The notes beneath the pieces were generated by a model. That model was not told the DNA's origin. It did not search any database and was given only the letters and a program-made list of their open reading frames with translations. A stretch of DNA of 63,585 nt, the filler included, from Phoronis australis (lineage: Eukaryota > Animalia > Phoronida), in the NCBI GenBank assembly GCA_002633005.1. It is 4 parts of 4 records of this genome, joined end to end, with 100 filler letters (N's around TTAATTAATTAA, not from the genome) between each part and the next. Parts side by side here need not be neighbours in the genome. Positions count along the whole stretch, not along the records: positions 13,369 to 43,816 come from NMRA01000611.1; 3 more parts are not named here. The stretch is one strand, 5' to 3'. Of the stretch, positions 27,528 through 40,230 are shown piece by piece; position 1 is the stretch's first letter, and every line of letters starts with the position of its first letter. The translations under genes and the position numbers were made by a program.

Positions 27528-30220
27528 TTGTCTACATTTTTCTAACTTTAAAGCTTCGTATCAGAAATAGCTGTTCAAATTTATGTAAAATTTCATTTCT
27601 ATGGTATAAATACCTTTTAAAAAATGAAAATGAAATGCTCATATTTTAGAGCACTAATCGTATTTCACATCTGGATCATTTTCTTCAAATGAAATTCGGT
27701 GTTGTTGTTAATGCCGGTGCCTTACTATCAATGTGCGCTTGTTTTTCGTACTAAATTCTATGGTTTTTGAGAAACTGTGCCCTGAAATCAGGTGTGAAAC
27801 AGTGTTCATCAATAATGTCAGATGCCCGAATGACTGACGAATATTTTTTTTCATTTCGCTTTTCCAAATCAAAGAAGTGTCGATCATATTTTGATGACTC
27901 ACAGGAGTACAAACGTTTAGTAAAAACCAGAAGATTCTGATATTTACAAGTGAACGGAACCTTGATACCATCTCATGGTGCACGCCCTCAAAAAGAGGCA
28001 ATTTTCGAGATTTCTTACCTTTTCGACTCTGGTGTCATTTAAAGGTGATGGTTCAATGCTATCTTTGGTTCGTTGATAGTGAGGGCCAGGCCAGGGTTCT
28101 GCTAGTTAAGATCCTGTATAACCCTAGAAATCCTCCAGAAATAGCAGTTCAGATTTAAGTAAATCTTTCAAAGGCTGTGATTTAAACTCCGTTCACGAAA
28201 CAACAATGAAATGATCATATGTTATGACATCAAAGGTGTCTCTGAGATCACATTTCGAAACTGTTCACCTAATAACTTCGATTAAGTTACTGAAACCGTT
28301 GTTCAACTAGCAATTTGATATGGCCTTTTTAAAAACGTTTTCGTTTAACGTATTACGGGTACGGATTTGACGACCTTCAACATATTGAGCTGTACACTAT
28401 TTATAGTAAATGCAATATGAAACACAAGCATTGATAGTTTACCTTCATAAGTTGCACCTTAAATCTTTCGGAATTCGTTTTAATTATCTGAGGGTCATGG
28501 GTGTATTGTTTGGGCTTGCGTGTAAATAGACAAAACATGCATTGATAAAATTTACAAATAATCGAAAAATCGACTGTTTTCAATTAACCACACGCACATC
28601 TATTTTAAAGACCTTGTCCTTGTCAAACTGTTTTAGAACTAATAAGCTTTTTTCTCGAAATTGTGAACCTTCGGCCTAATAGCACCCTTTTAAAAATGTA
28701 TTATGGGTAGGGATTTGAGAACGTTCAAGGTAATGAGCTGTACACACTGCAGTATGAAACCCAAGTAACGATACTTTAGCTTTATAATTTTCGTCTTAAA
28801 TCTTTCTTCTTTCGTTTTGGTTAAACGAAGGTTATCTTTGGGTATGGGTATGGCGAAAAAGCGTATTGATAAAATTTTCAAACAATCGACCTATCAATTG
28901 CTTTCAATTTGCCGTACGCAGATCAATTGAAAAATCTTTCTCAATACACCGGTAGGAATCGACCACGGGAAGCACTGCTCAGCTTCATCTTGCTTCTTCA
29001 TCGGCACAGGGATTCAAATATTCCATTCAGCATTGCTCTTGCGACCTTGAACGCCATTTAGATTAATTTGTGGTGTATGTCTTCGTAAGTTAGGGTTTGT
29101 GTTTGTATGTTAGTGCTTTGTTGGGCGGGATTGGAAGGTGCGTTACCGTTAACGCAAATCCACAGGCAAGAAAAGTAACAAACCTCTAGTCCAAGCGAAT
29201 GGTAATACCATTGATAAATGGGCAGATCTGTCCATGGGATTAAAAGTGTGTCATCACGGCCTAAGCTTTTATACCTTCGAAGAACCCATCGTGCAATTAA
29301 AAACCAGCCAACACTTAAAATATTTTACAGCGACCTGTCACAGGTGGAGAACTGTAACTGCACCTATCAGCAAGTCCAAAACGTTTTAATAACGAAATTT
29401 ACACACCTTTATCGACTTTTGTATTTTGGATAAGATAGCATCTTATGGCGCACGTCCTGATGGAAGAGGCAATTTCCGGGATTTTTTATTTTTCCGACTC
29501 TGGTGTCGTTTTGAGTTGGTGGTTCAGCGACATCTTTAGTCCGTTGCCAGTGGTGGCGAGGTCAAGTTCAGATCCTGTATGACCCTAGAAAAAGCGTCTA
29601 CATTTCTCTTGATTCAAAGGTTGCTATCTCAGAAATAGCAGTTCAGATTTATGTAAAACGTTCACATACTATGATTTAAACGTCTTTCACAAAACGAAAG
29701 TGCAATAATCACAATTTAGAACATGAACATTTTTTCTGAGATCACTTCTCGAAACTTTTCATCAAATGATTTTCGATCATGTTTTGACACGGTTGTTTAA
29801 TTTAAATGGGTCTTCGGTTTTTGCTAGCTTTTAATGGTTTTTAAGAGAACATGCCTTGAAACTAGATGTGAGTCATTGTGCATTAATAAAGACATATGCC
29901 TGAATGACTCGTTAGTAGATTTTACACTTCCCCTGTCCGAAAAATGTCGGTCATGTTTTGATGACACACAGGAGCACAAACGTGTAGTAAAACCTAGAAG
30001 CTTCTATGATGTTTACAAGTTAACGGAACCTTGACTCTTGTGCGATTCGGACAGATAGGATCCGGAGTCCATAAAAAGGGAAGCATGTTAGGGCCCTATT
30101 TAGTATGTTAGTACAATTGTTAGTCGGGATTAGAAAGAGCGTTAAGTTCAGCAAGTCAAGTAACAAACGTCTAGTGCAAGCTAATGATAATACATTTGAT
30201 AGATGGATAGATATATCCAT

Positions 30221-30221
<1 letters not shown>

Positions 30222-30257
<36 letters not shown>
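30222..30257. repeat. (TAA)n microsatellite
   Basis: About 12 TAA units; explains the poly-Ile ORFs. Confidence 0.95.
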
Positions 30258-30258
<1 letters not shown>

Positions 30259-31629
30259 TCTAATAATATCACTTATTGTACATCGTAGGCTTTGCTTACT
30301 CATACAGAAATACATAAATTCAAATGTATATTCAGAGTATTTACACGGACAGCAGTTCTTCTCTAAAAGCCATAGTCTTCTCAGTGAATATCCATTTGAA
30401 TAAATGTGCGTCATCACGACCCGAACACCAATGTATGAGTATAACCCAAAGTACAACTACTGTGAAATACAGCCGACACTTAAAACATATACGTATTACA
30501 ACTACCTGTACACCAAACAGTTGCCACAGGTGGAGAACTGTAACAACAATCAGCCAGACAAAAATGTAATTAATGACAGAAGTTACGCACCTGTATCGTC
30601 CTTCATGTATCGGGTAAGACATCATATCCTCACGGTGTGCGCTTTCAAGGAAATGGCCGCAATCTGAAACAGCAGGCCGACTCACTCAAAGGGAAACATT
30701 CAAGGGTCATGCTATTACTTCTCAGGAGGGGTTGTTGCACTTTCCAATGAACTACGAGCACACCAAGTAATCGAAGTGCAACAACCAGGTAACCACGTCA
30801 TTACACAATCCAGATCAATAAACTCGCCTTTTAGAGATACTGAATACCAAAAGAGTGTTCTCAATGGAAAATCGTGCCACATATCACCTTGCAGTGAATA
30901 AACGGGAGAGATCTTTGAGGGCATTGCATATGAATGGAAACTTTCAAAAACTAAACCGCATGGGGGCTACGACGAAGTTAGATGCAGGTCGTCCGTCAAT
31001 CTTGATTCGTGAACAGAGATTTGCCCTAGGGGTCGTGGTCTCTCAAACGGATAGGTCGGTGTTTTTTGTTTCCTGTCTGTCAACTTTCGATTCAGGAACT
31101 CGAATTGCTTTCTACTATCAGGCTCTGCCCGGCCGTGATTAACGCGAACCCTACCGGTCGTAGCATGAGAATATCCATAGTCAGAAGTGATACGTAAAGT
31201 GTTGCTACAAATCTGTCTAAATAGTAAAGTAAATTTGTACAACTGTATGCGCGAGTTTTCTATTTAACCTATTAAAACAAGTCTTAAAAGCAAAATTAAC
31301 ATCAACAGACGCACGTGTACAACCTGGGAAGCTCATTTATATTGAGGAGCAAATTGTTGAAGGCACTGTATTCATATGTCTTCACACAGGTCATATGTTG
31401 GTCACATCACGTGAAGACGTGTCAAACATGTAAATTGTTACAGTGGCACAATTAATTTTCTATGCAATTTACAAAAAAAACAACTATCGAGCTTAACATT
31501 ATGTAAAATTTGAGCATTTGTTTCAATACTACATTTGTCCAAGGTTTCATTACAGAGCACGTGTCGGATCGAGTCTACACAAGCACTTGTCTTTGAAAGT
31601 TTATTATTGGAGTTCATGGTGATTATTTA

Positions 31630-32290
31630 AAAACCTAATGACTTTGTAGAATGTATCCATTCTAGTAATGACGATGGTATTCTTCTATGTCCAAATGTTT
31701 CCGATGTGAAAGTTTTGTGATATGCTGATGATATGGCTTTGTGTACTTAATCTCCAGTTAAACTGCAAAAACTACTGTGTGCTTTAAGTAAGTTCTGCCA
31801 GGAATGGAGCGTGTCTGCAAATTTAGTGAAGACCACAGTTATGGTGTTTAGAAACGGAGGTCCCTTGAGAAATTGCGAGATGTGGTATTTTGGAGGTGAA
31901 AAACTCGAAGTGATTTCCATGCCAGCTACAAGTATCTTGGTGTTGTGTTCACGCCAAAGTTATTGTGGACTATGGCTGCTCAGACCCTGTCAGCCCAAGC
32001 CACGAGGTAGCCATTACAGTCGACACGCTACAAAGAAGCTGGACCATATTTCAACCACGTGTGGCTTTTGAGACACTTGATAAAATAATTTACCCCAGCT
32101 CATGCTATGGAGCCGATGTATGGGGCTTACAGCAATACAACTGGTTAGAACAAGTGCAAATTAAATTTTGCAGGCGTGTATTGGGTGTAGGTAATTCATG
32201 CATTGAGCGCATGTCGGCGGGTGCCGTTATTTACTAATCACTATGTTGCCGTGATCACGTATTGGTTCAAACTTCTCAAAATGCCTCTTC
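31630..32290 (+). pseudogene. Non-LTR retrotransposon (LINE) reverse transcriptase C-terminal relic
   Basis: YADDMAL at 31721. Then LQKLL.ALSKFC.EW...NLVKT.VMVFRNGG, YKYLGVVF, YGADVWG, EQVQIKFCRRVLGV across frameshifts. Resembles the RTEX/Proto2-type signature. Confidence 0.88.
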
Positions 32291-32730
32291 GCATGACTTT
32301 GACCAAAATGGTCGGCACTCCCGAAATTGAGCCATATCACTTAGACTTATACAGCCGAGTTCATGAAGGTGGTTTAAAGTTAAACCTGGTTTAAACTGGA
32401 CTTAGACCAGGCTTAAAGAAAATCTGCATTTCATAAAGTGGCTTAACTTTTAGACCAGTGGTCTAGTAAAACCTGGTTTAACTCCTATTTAGACCTGGTG
32501 TAAGTCACTTACATTTCACCAACGAAGTCTATATTCTTTAGATCTGTATTAAGATCTTAAACCAGGTATAACTTTAGACTCGGTCAGACCTAGGTTTAAC
32601 TGTTAAATATGACAGACTTGCATTATATAGGTGCAACTGAATGAGGCCGCGGTGTGCATTTACGACGCAGTTTTAGAGCGAAAATGGACTATTTTCAATA
32701 TTCAGTTTTACGACACAAGATCCAACGTAG

Positions 32731-32885
32731 CAGGGACGGGTCCACGACTTTTAAGGGCAGGGGGTCGGTCAAGGACTTTTTAAAAGGGGGGACTAAGTCA
32801 ACAATTTGAAGATTATAGACTTGATCTCACTAAAATCAAGCAAAAAGGGAGTCTGGACCCCTTGACCCCCTTGGATCCGCCTATG
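32731..32885. mobile_element. Small MITE (CAGGGGCGGATCC-type ends)
   Basis: cagggacgggtcc ... ggatccgcctatg imperfect TIR with G-rich/C-rich sub-termini; no clean TSD. Confidence 0.55.
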
Positions 32886-33352
32886 TGTAGACCAGTTCAT
32901 GCTGGATAGTGTCCTGCGGATTCTTCAGAATACGACTGGTCGAGCAGGGCGTCATCGTCATAAGCGCTATACTACGGGTTTGACTGAAGACAGCATTTTC
33001 TGATTCTTCTGAGTGCCACCTCCATTGGTCTCCGATTTAATGTTGCCGGGAAGGGGTCTTGCCCCCCCCCCTTTGGCCGAGAAAAATAAACACTAAAATG
33101 GCACGGAAATAAATTTGGACATTTATGATATTACGGCTAATCGTGAGCATGTACTTTAATGTGTATACGTGTGTTGGTCACACACATTACATTTTTCCTT
33201 ATGAGAAAAACTTTTACACCTTTTTCGCAAATGTCTGCACTGATTCTACTAGTGTGTGCCATTGTATACCCACGTGATCAAGGTTTCATTGAAGCACTTC
33301 AATAGTTTCTTTGTTGGGTTAATCCAGATCGACACAGTTTTTGTAATTAGAA

Positions 33353-33700
33353 GAACTTAAGTTTTCTAAAAACTTAAGTTTTTATACTTGGAAAAACTTA
33401 AGTTATCAGAAAAACTTAAGTTATCAGAAAACTTAAGTTTTTGTAATTAGAAAAACTTAAGTTTTTCTAAAAACTTAAGTTTATTTATGAAAACTTAAGT
33501 TTTATGCTCTGAAAAACTTAAGTTTCCTGAAAAACTTAAGTTCTCTGAAAAACTTAAGATGGCCTTGAAAAACTTAAGTTTCTTTCAAAAACTTAAGTTT
33601 TTCATAAGAACTTAAGTTTTTCAGAGAAAACTTAAGTTATTTTTCAATAACTTAAGTTTTTCCGCCAAAAACTTAAGTTTTCAGCGAAAAACTTAAGTTC
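33353..33700. repeat. Minisatellite of palindromic AACTTAAGTT cores
   Basis: About 18 copies of aaacttaagtt at ~17-24-bp spacing with variable linkers. Confidence 0.92.
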
Positions 33701-33894
33701 ATTTTTGTAAGGGTTTAAACCTGGTTTTACTAAACCGGCTCCCTGGTCTAACAAAACCAGGCTTTCAGACTTTTGAACCACGTTGGTGAAATACAAATTG
33801 GGTCTAAAATTAGACCAGGTGTAGGAAGACCAGGTTTAGGTCTTAAACCTGGTTTTGTTAAACCACCTTTATGAAATCGGGTGTTAATATTTTA

Positions 33895-35675
33895 CTCCAC
33901 GGTAGAGCTAACGGCCGTCGCCCTGTGCACACAAAATCTGTGAGTTAACCGGCACTCACCTTGCACGTTGCAGCCATTTAAGCGAAAAACTATCTAGTAA
34001 ACGCCATTTTCTTGCATAATCCTCCTCCTTTTGTAACAAAAAAGTCTGTCGTCGATGACCCGCACACGCACTCACTCTCATACACAGACGAACATCAAAA
34101 CAAACGTCACGTGACAACAACGTTTGTTCATCCAGAGATTTTTCTCGTGTTGTGGGGTACGATGTATCGCAGATTTGGACTTAATCGCAATTAATCTGGA
34201 CTCCACATGAACTTTAAAAATTGTAAAACATAAGAAAGATTTCAGCTAATTTGTTGAGTCGAAACTATATTTTTATTCAAGAATTCAAATTTTCCTATTG
34301 ACGATCGCGATTCAGTGACGTATCAGTCGGCAAGTTTTCGCCCTAGGATTTCAGCACAACTTTTGGAAAAATGATCGTAATTTAACAACGGTGTTTGATA
34401 GCAATGCACCACAATTTTGTAGAAAGACCCTCATAGGCTACAAATACGTCACAGAGCGTAAATTTGATGAATCCTAGCTTCCGATTTTACCCGTTTCGGA
34501 AACCGGGTTTCAACTGCCTTAGGCTACAATAAGCGTCCCCTCCCCGTGTAATGAATTTTTCTGAGCATTTATTAGAGCCAATACAGTATACAGCTTTCCA
34601 CCAAGGCTAGATGATGCTACGACATTATTCTTTGTTGCATTAGTGTTGGCTAATTATCATTTTATGGCCTGTTCATCCATTCAGCCAAAAGTAGTTTCAT
34701 AGGTGGCTTATCAGCCAATTATTCACGCATGTCATGTCGTGAACACATCCACTACCACAAGAAACTGTAGGAACACCGCATTTATCCACCTTCACTCTTA
34801 TCAGGCTTCTATTGTGAGTCAGCATGCTTGAATAATTGGCTGATAAGCCACCTCTGGAACTACTTTTGGCTGAATGGATGACCAGGCAATAAAATGATAC
34901 TTAGCCAAGACCAGTTACTAATGCAACAAAGAATAATGTTGTAGCATCACCTAGCCTTGGTGGAAAACTGTATACTGTATTGGCTCTAATAAACGCTTAG
35001 AAAAATTCCTTTCACGGGGAGGGGACGTTCATTGTAGCCTACGGCAGTTGAAACCCGGTTTCCCAAACGGGTAAAATCGGAAGCTAGGTTTCATCAAATT
35101 TACGCTCTGTGACGTATTTGTAGCCTATGACAAGTCAGTCTTTCTACAAAATTGTGGTGCATTGCTATCAACTTCCGTTGTTAAATTACGATAATTTTTC
35201 AAAAAATTGTGCTCATCACAGGGCGAAAACTTGCCGACTGATGCGTCGCAGAATCGCGATCGTCAATAGGAAAACTTGAACTCTTGAATAAAAATATAGT
35301 TTCGACTCAACAAATTACCTGAAATCTTCCTTATGTTTTACAATTTTTAAAGTTCATGTGGAGTCCAGATTAATTGCGATTAAGTGCAAATCTGCGCTAC
35401 ATCGTACCCCACAACACAGCATAACCTCTGGATGAACACACATGTTGTTGTCACGTGACGTTTGTTTTGAAGTTCGTCTGCGTATGAGAGTGAGTGAGCG
35501 TGCGTATGCGGGTCATCGACGACAGACTTTTTGTTACAAAAGGCGGAGGATTATGCAAGAAAATGGCATTTACTAGATTGTTTTTCACTTAAACGGCTGC
35601 AACGTGCAAGGTGAGAGCTGGTTAACTCACGGATTTTGTGTGCACAGGCCGACGGTCGCTAGCTCTACCGTGGAG
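33895..35675. mobile_element. Foldback-type DNA element with ~830-bp inverted arms
   Basis: ta|ctccacggtagagcta ... tagctctaccgtggag|ta (TA TSD). Arms 33895-34724 and 34829-35675 are reverse complements with scattered mismatches; ~105-bp loop. Confidence 0.93.
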
Positions 35676-36452
35676 TATTATAGTCCAAGGCTCGATCTAC
35701 ATGTACATGTTGGGGACGAGGTGAACTACCCGGGCTGTGTGAAATTTCTGGGTCTAACGGAGACACTGACGTGCAGTGGTCAGCCAGCTCGCTGTATGAA
35801 GACTATGTTCAAAATCCAAATTCGTTTTATCGTGTCCCTGTCAATAATAACGGCATGCTAAAGTTTCTTAATTTTCGTACTTCAGGAACATAACAATCAC
35901 GTGTTTTGTACATACGCGCACGCCGCAGATCACATCTCGGAAATTGCCGATTTGACGGATGACAATGAGTGAGCACAATGAAATTAATAACGTCGTTTTG
36001 CAGCTTGTAATATTCATAATAAACGTATTTTGAATATTGCAATGCATGTGTTCCAAAATCTAAATAACTTGGGTCCTATATTTTTGTATTCGTGCGCGCC
36101 GAATGAAAGTAAACGTGAGTGTTGCAAAATCTCTTATCCTGGGCCGATTTGAAAAATTCAAAGTTGTACTCATATTTGTTTTCGCTCCTCTTTTCAAATA
36201 TTACAGTAAGAACTACGTAAAACGCACTCCATAAAAAGTACAGTCTGCTTGCTAGATTGTAATCAGCTTATCATATCCGCATGAGCGAAGCCAATTATCC
36301 TCGCTCGTGACTCGATGAATAGAGCAGCTTGGAGGCATCCCTTTGATCGTGAGCCGAGCGCGACTCAGCCAAGGTGGATAAATACAGTCTAGTTCAATTT
36401 TCCAAATCCCAACGTTTACCTTGACCATTGGGGTTAGGACCAATCTTATTTA

Positions 36453-36890
36453 GTGGGATTGTTTATAGCATGGCTGACTCACAATAGAAGCCTGGTAAGA
36501 GTGAAGGTGGATAAATGCGATGTTCCTACAATTTCTTGTGGTAGTGGATGTGTTCACGACATGGTCTGCAGAGTGAATGCCGCTATATTGCGGTGCATCG
36601 CTCCCGCTTGTCCGAACTATGAAGCTGCGAAGAAAGCGGATATATCGTTTTTTCGACTTCCTCGAGAGCCCGAAATGCTTAGGAAGTGGCTCACGGTTGT
36701 AAAGAATGAAAGGTACCGGTACGCTGTTAGTAGCAAGTATGAGGCCTCGAAACATTTCCGTGTCTGTGGCCGGCATATCGTAGAAAGTGATTTCTCTGAC
36801 GAATTCCTGCTTACCAAAGAACTATCCATACATGTACATGTACGTTCCGTTGCCTGTGCATGTTCACGGCGCCTCTCTAGTATTTCTTGA
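36453..36890 (+). pseudogene. THAP zinc-finger domain of a truncated transposase
   Basis: RCIAPACPN..ISFFRLPRE....RKWL..VK..HFRVCGRHIVESDF fits the C2CH THAP consensus. Open in this copy, frameshifted in the other three; no DDE domain follows. Confidence 0.85.
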
Positions 36891-38082
36891 TCAGTGTAGT
36901 CCGGTTCGAACTGATAGCCTGTGAAACCTAACCCATGAAGTCTTCGTCGGATGAGCTCTTGACTAAGTCCGGATAAGCGCCGGGCGAGTTGCCATGTAGA
37001 CGTTTATTATTCTGCGATCTGTTTTAAAATGAATTATTCTCATCCTAACCAATGCTTATATAAAACTGAAACAAAGTCTGTCTCATTAGATATAATTTGT
37101 AATGGCTTTGCGGTATTCGTGAGTGCAAATGTTGAGAAGCCAGCAATGAATAAACCACTGCGTTACCGGCTTTTGATGCCGGCAATAAAGGTAATTGACC
37201 GGGCACCCGAGGCCGTGTGAGCGCCTGCTAATTCAGTGCTTGCTGACAGAAAGCCGTTGGGAAAAAACAATTACTCGATTTTATAAGCTAAGGTCACATG
37301 CTAGGGGATTCTTTATTGAGAAATACAAATACATTATTCAAATCATTGTTACTGTACAACCTTTGCCCTGACGGTCTGTGGAAGGGGAATCCGACTTCGC
37401 GGTCCCCGACAAGTAAATAGATTTTCAGTTTCGTGGCTAATTCACATAAATAATTACGTGCACATTATTTCTTTGGCTCACTATTATAGTCTTTTAATGA
37501 CTGGAGGTTTAGTTTCCAACTCAAGCTGGTTTATGTTCGTGCCAGTCCCGGCGGCCTCGACGGGCCTGATCGGGTTCCGAGCCACTGGTCGGTATAACAA
37601 ACGTTTCGTGTGTTTAGAACTCAAAAAATCACAAGTCTAAACAACACATATCTAGATTCTCCTGTCTGTATTTCAAGGAAGAATATTTCGAATTTATCTC
37701 AAAACAGAAACCAAACTCCTGCTACGGACCTTGGTAAATTGGCCTGCCGAACGTTGCAGGCTACAGTGTGTCCAAATACCAATAAATCCGTAACAGCGAA
37801 ATAAAACAACACGTTTTTATAAGAACTCGGTGTATTTTTAAGGGTTTTACATCGAATTTTGATGATTTATTGGTATTAAACGATGAATTCAAGCGATAAG
37901 CTGACACCATTAACCCGTGTTGTGAACTGCTGAACAGACTGCGTGTGAAACCAATGACGTCATTGGATAATTTCAACACCTCCGTCTGCCGTCAGGTAAC
38001 GCAACCGAACGTGCCGTTGTCGAGTAGAACCACTCGATCTCAATTGATACAAAATAGTTTGTTTTTAGTATGGCATTCTCCT
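36565..38082 (+). mobile_element. Kolobok-type family A copy 2 (left end not located)
   Basis: Colinear with the other copies from ~36565; right end tggcattctcct|ttaa. Confidence 0.85.
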
Positions 38083-39269
38083 TTAAACAAACTCGAGTAA
38101 AAACTCAAAATTTCGAGTTCAAACTTGAACTTATATAACTTTAATGCTGGATTTATCAACTGCAAACCAGGATTATTAAATCATCCACGTAAGCCATTGA
38201 ATAATAGCCACTTATCTTGAGTTCACACAGAATTAGAGTAAAAAATGCCAAACATAATTTCGAGTCCCATTTCGAGTAAAATGATGGATTTGATGAATTG
38301 TGTCATGGTTGATAATACATCAGTATTCCTACTTCATATCATTTTAAAATGCAAGTGCATACTCATCTTAAGACATTCGAGCAATTTCGCATGCACATGA
38401 AATCTGACCACCGTTTCTAGTTGTGCTAGCCAGCGGGAGACGGTGGTCACTGTCTACATGAAATTCAAACAAAGTGTTTTAGTGCCCGCGCGTTGCTTTC
38501 GGTATAGGTGCATCTAATGACTGAAATATCGTTTGTTTTTTGCATGTCAAAGTTTAAAAATCACACCTGAGTTTGAGAGTTTACATATTTTGGAGCAGTG
38601 AATCGTCGAAGTAGTGAACCTTCAGAAGTGTGAACCTTCCCAGTAGTAAACCTTCGAAATAGTGGGCTGTTCTCATTTCCAGCGATGTAAGCAAATTAAT
38701 AATTAACACGCTAAAATACAACCAGTTAAATAGTTTTATCAAGTCCTCCGCCGTCTAAACTTCACATTTCTGTCTGAGTATGCAATGAATTGTAATTACT
38801 CATTTAAGCATGGCTGATTTGAAACTTTGGCAGGAAATAATGCGAGAACGTTCTCTTTCTGGACCACGTCACGTCCGAATTTTTGTCCCGTTCTTTGCGA
38901 TCAACCTTCACAGCATCCTCGTTTCTGGTATTACAAATTCCGTCTCATCTCATGAAAATAGAGCTGACAGTCATCGTTGTGTATACAGATTTCCCTTCCT
39001 GCAAATTAAGCTGCGTCGAAAGCCTTGTCGAAAACTCTACAGTGCCGACGTTTACAAAATACCAAAGGTCCACCGTTCTTGAAATTAGAACCACCCCCCC
39101 CCGCTCACTGCTGGCTACGGGCCTGAATAGGATATATGCATTTGAGGAGGGCGATACGGGCGTCCAATAAAAAGTCGCCCCTGCATCGGCCAAACCTCTG
39201 GATGCCACTGCCCCACCGCTGAAAATGTCTGTAAAGTACCTTTTGTTGCATGCAAAATGTTGCTCGACA

Positions 39270-40230
39270 TTATGCAAATTTTTTTCAAACGGTTATCTGG
39301 CGGGTAAATCTGGACGAACTCAGATATTTGATCGAGTGTGGCGGGGTTAATCCACCACTAGACGTGTATCGCAATGTTTATTCATTATACATGGGCCTAC
39401 GTAGAATATTTTGCAACTGGTGTCATGCGGTTATCTCTTGGGTCGATTTACTTCAAAATTTAACTCTTTCTATAGTCGTCTGGCAGGAACACCCCACTGC
39501 TGAAATTGTCTGGCATCTTACTGTTGTGCCATGTGCAGTGACACTGAACATTGGGCAATTGGTTTCAAACGGTTACCTGGTGGGTTGATCTAGCTCAACT
39601 CGTGTACTTCGGCGCGTCTGGCTGGGATAACCCACCACTAGATTTGTCTGGCAGCATTAATTCTTGATACCTGGGCTTCCAGCGAATATTTTGCAACTCA
39701 TTTCATGCAGTTACTTCTTGGGTTGATCTAGCTCAACTCAGGCATTTGGGCGTGTCTGGCGGGACTAACCCACCACCAGATTTGTCTGGCAGTGTTTATT
39801 CGTGATACCTGGGCTTACGGTGAATGATTTTCAACTGGTTTTAAGCGGTTACCTCTTGGGTTGATCTAGCTCAATTTCTAACCCTTTTTGATAATCGTCT
39901 GGCACGGGCACCCCACCACTGAAATTGTCTGGCATCTAACTACTGTGCCATGTACAGTGATGCTGAACATCGTGCAATTGGTTTCAAACGGTTACCTGGT
40001 GGGTTGATCTAGCTCAATTCGGGTATTTGGGCGTGTCTGGCGGGGCTAACCCACCACTAGATTTGTCTGGCAGTGATTATTCATGATACCTGTGCTCACG
40101 GTGAATATTTTGCAACTTGTTTCATGCGGTTACTTCTTGAATTGATCTAGCTCATTTTTTTACCTTGTTTATAACCGTCTGGCTGATATTCACCACCACT
40201 GAAATTGTCTGGCAGTGGCCAATTTTGATA
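39270..40230. repeat. ~139-bp tandem satellite, 7 units, two subtypes
   Basis: Units anchored on ggttac...gggttgatctagctca...cccaccact..a.ttgtctggca at ~39290, 39428, 39570, 39708, 39846, 39988, 40126. Confidence 0.9.

Larger units (their letters stand above)
15050..30650. repeat. Degenerate tandem array, ~1.8-1.9-kb unit, about 6-7 full/partial copies, interrupted by nested TEs
   Basis: Recurring markers: cagaaatagc (~17072, 18960, 22741, 27562, 28136, 29630), agacagcatctca-like (~16860, 18780, 22540, 23733, 29432, 30616), gtaaataga (~15282, 18224, 26562, 28522). Confidence 0.85.
32352..33883 (+). mobile_element. PIF/Harbinger-like TIR element with nested inserts
   Basis: Imperfect ~26-bp TIR cagccgagttcatgaaggtggtttaa / ttaaaccacctttatgaaatcgggtg; aaacctggtt/agaccagg sub-terminal repeats at both ends. 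Possible transposase start relic at ~32609-32710 (LRRSFRAKMDYF). Confidence 0.65.

Noticed and set aside
33353-33700. CRISPR-like repeat/spacer pattern
   Set aside because: Cores ~10 bp and linkers ~10 bp, eukaryotic context, no cas genes.
38604-38674. gtgaaccttc sub-terminal-like repeats, also seen in the 1.9-kb array
   Set aside because: Probably one end of a DNA element, but no partner TIR or TSD found.
39090-39215. MITE-like ends (ctggctacgggcctg; ctggatgccactg)
   Set aside because: Only single termini seen; elements could not be delimited.
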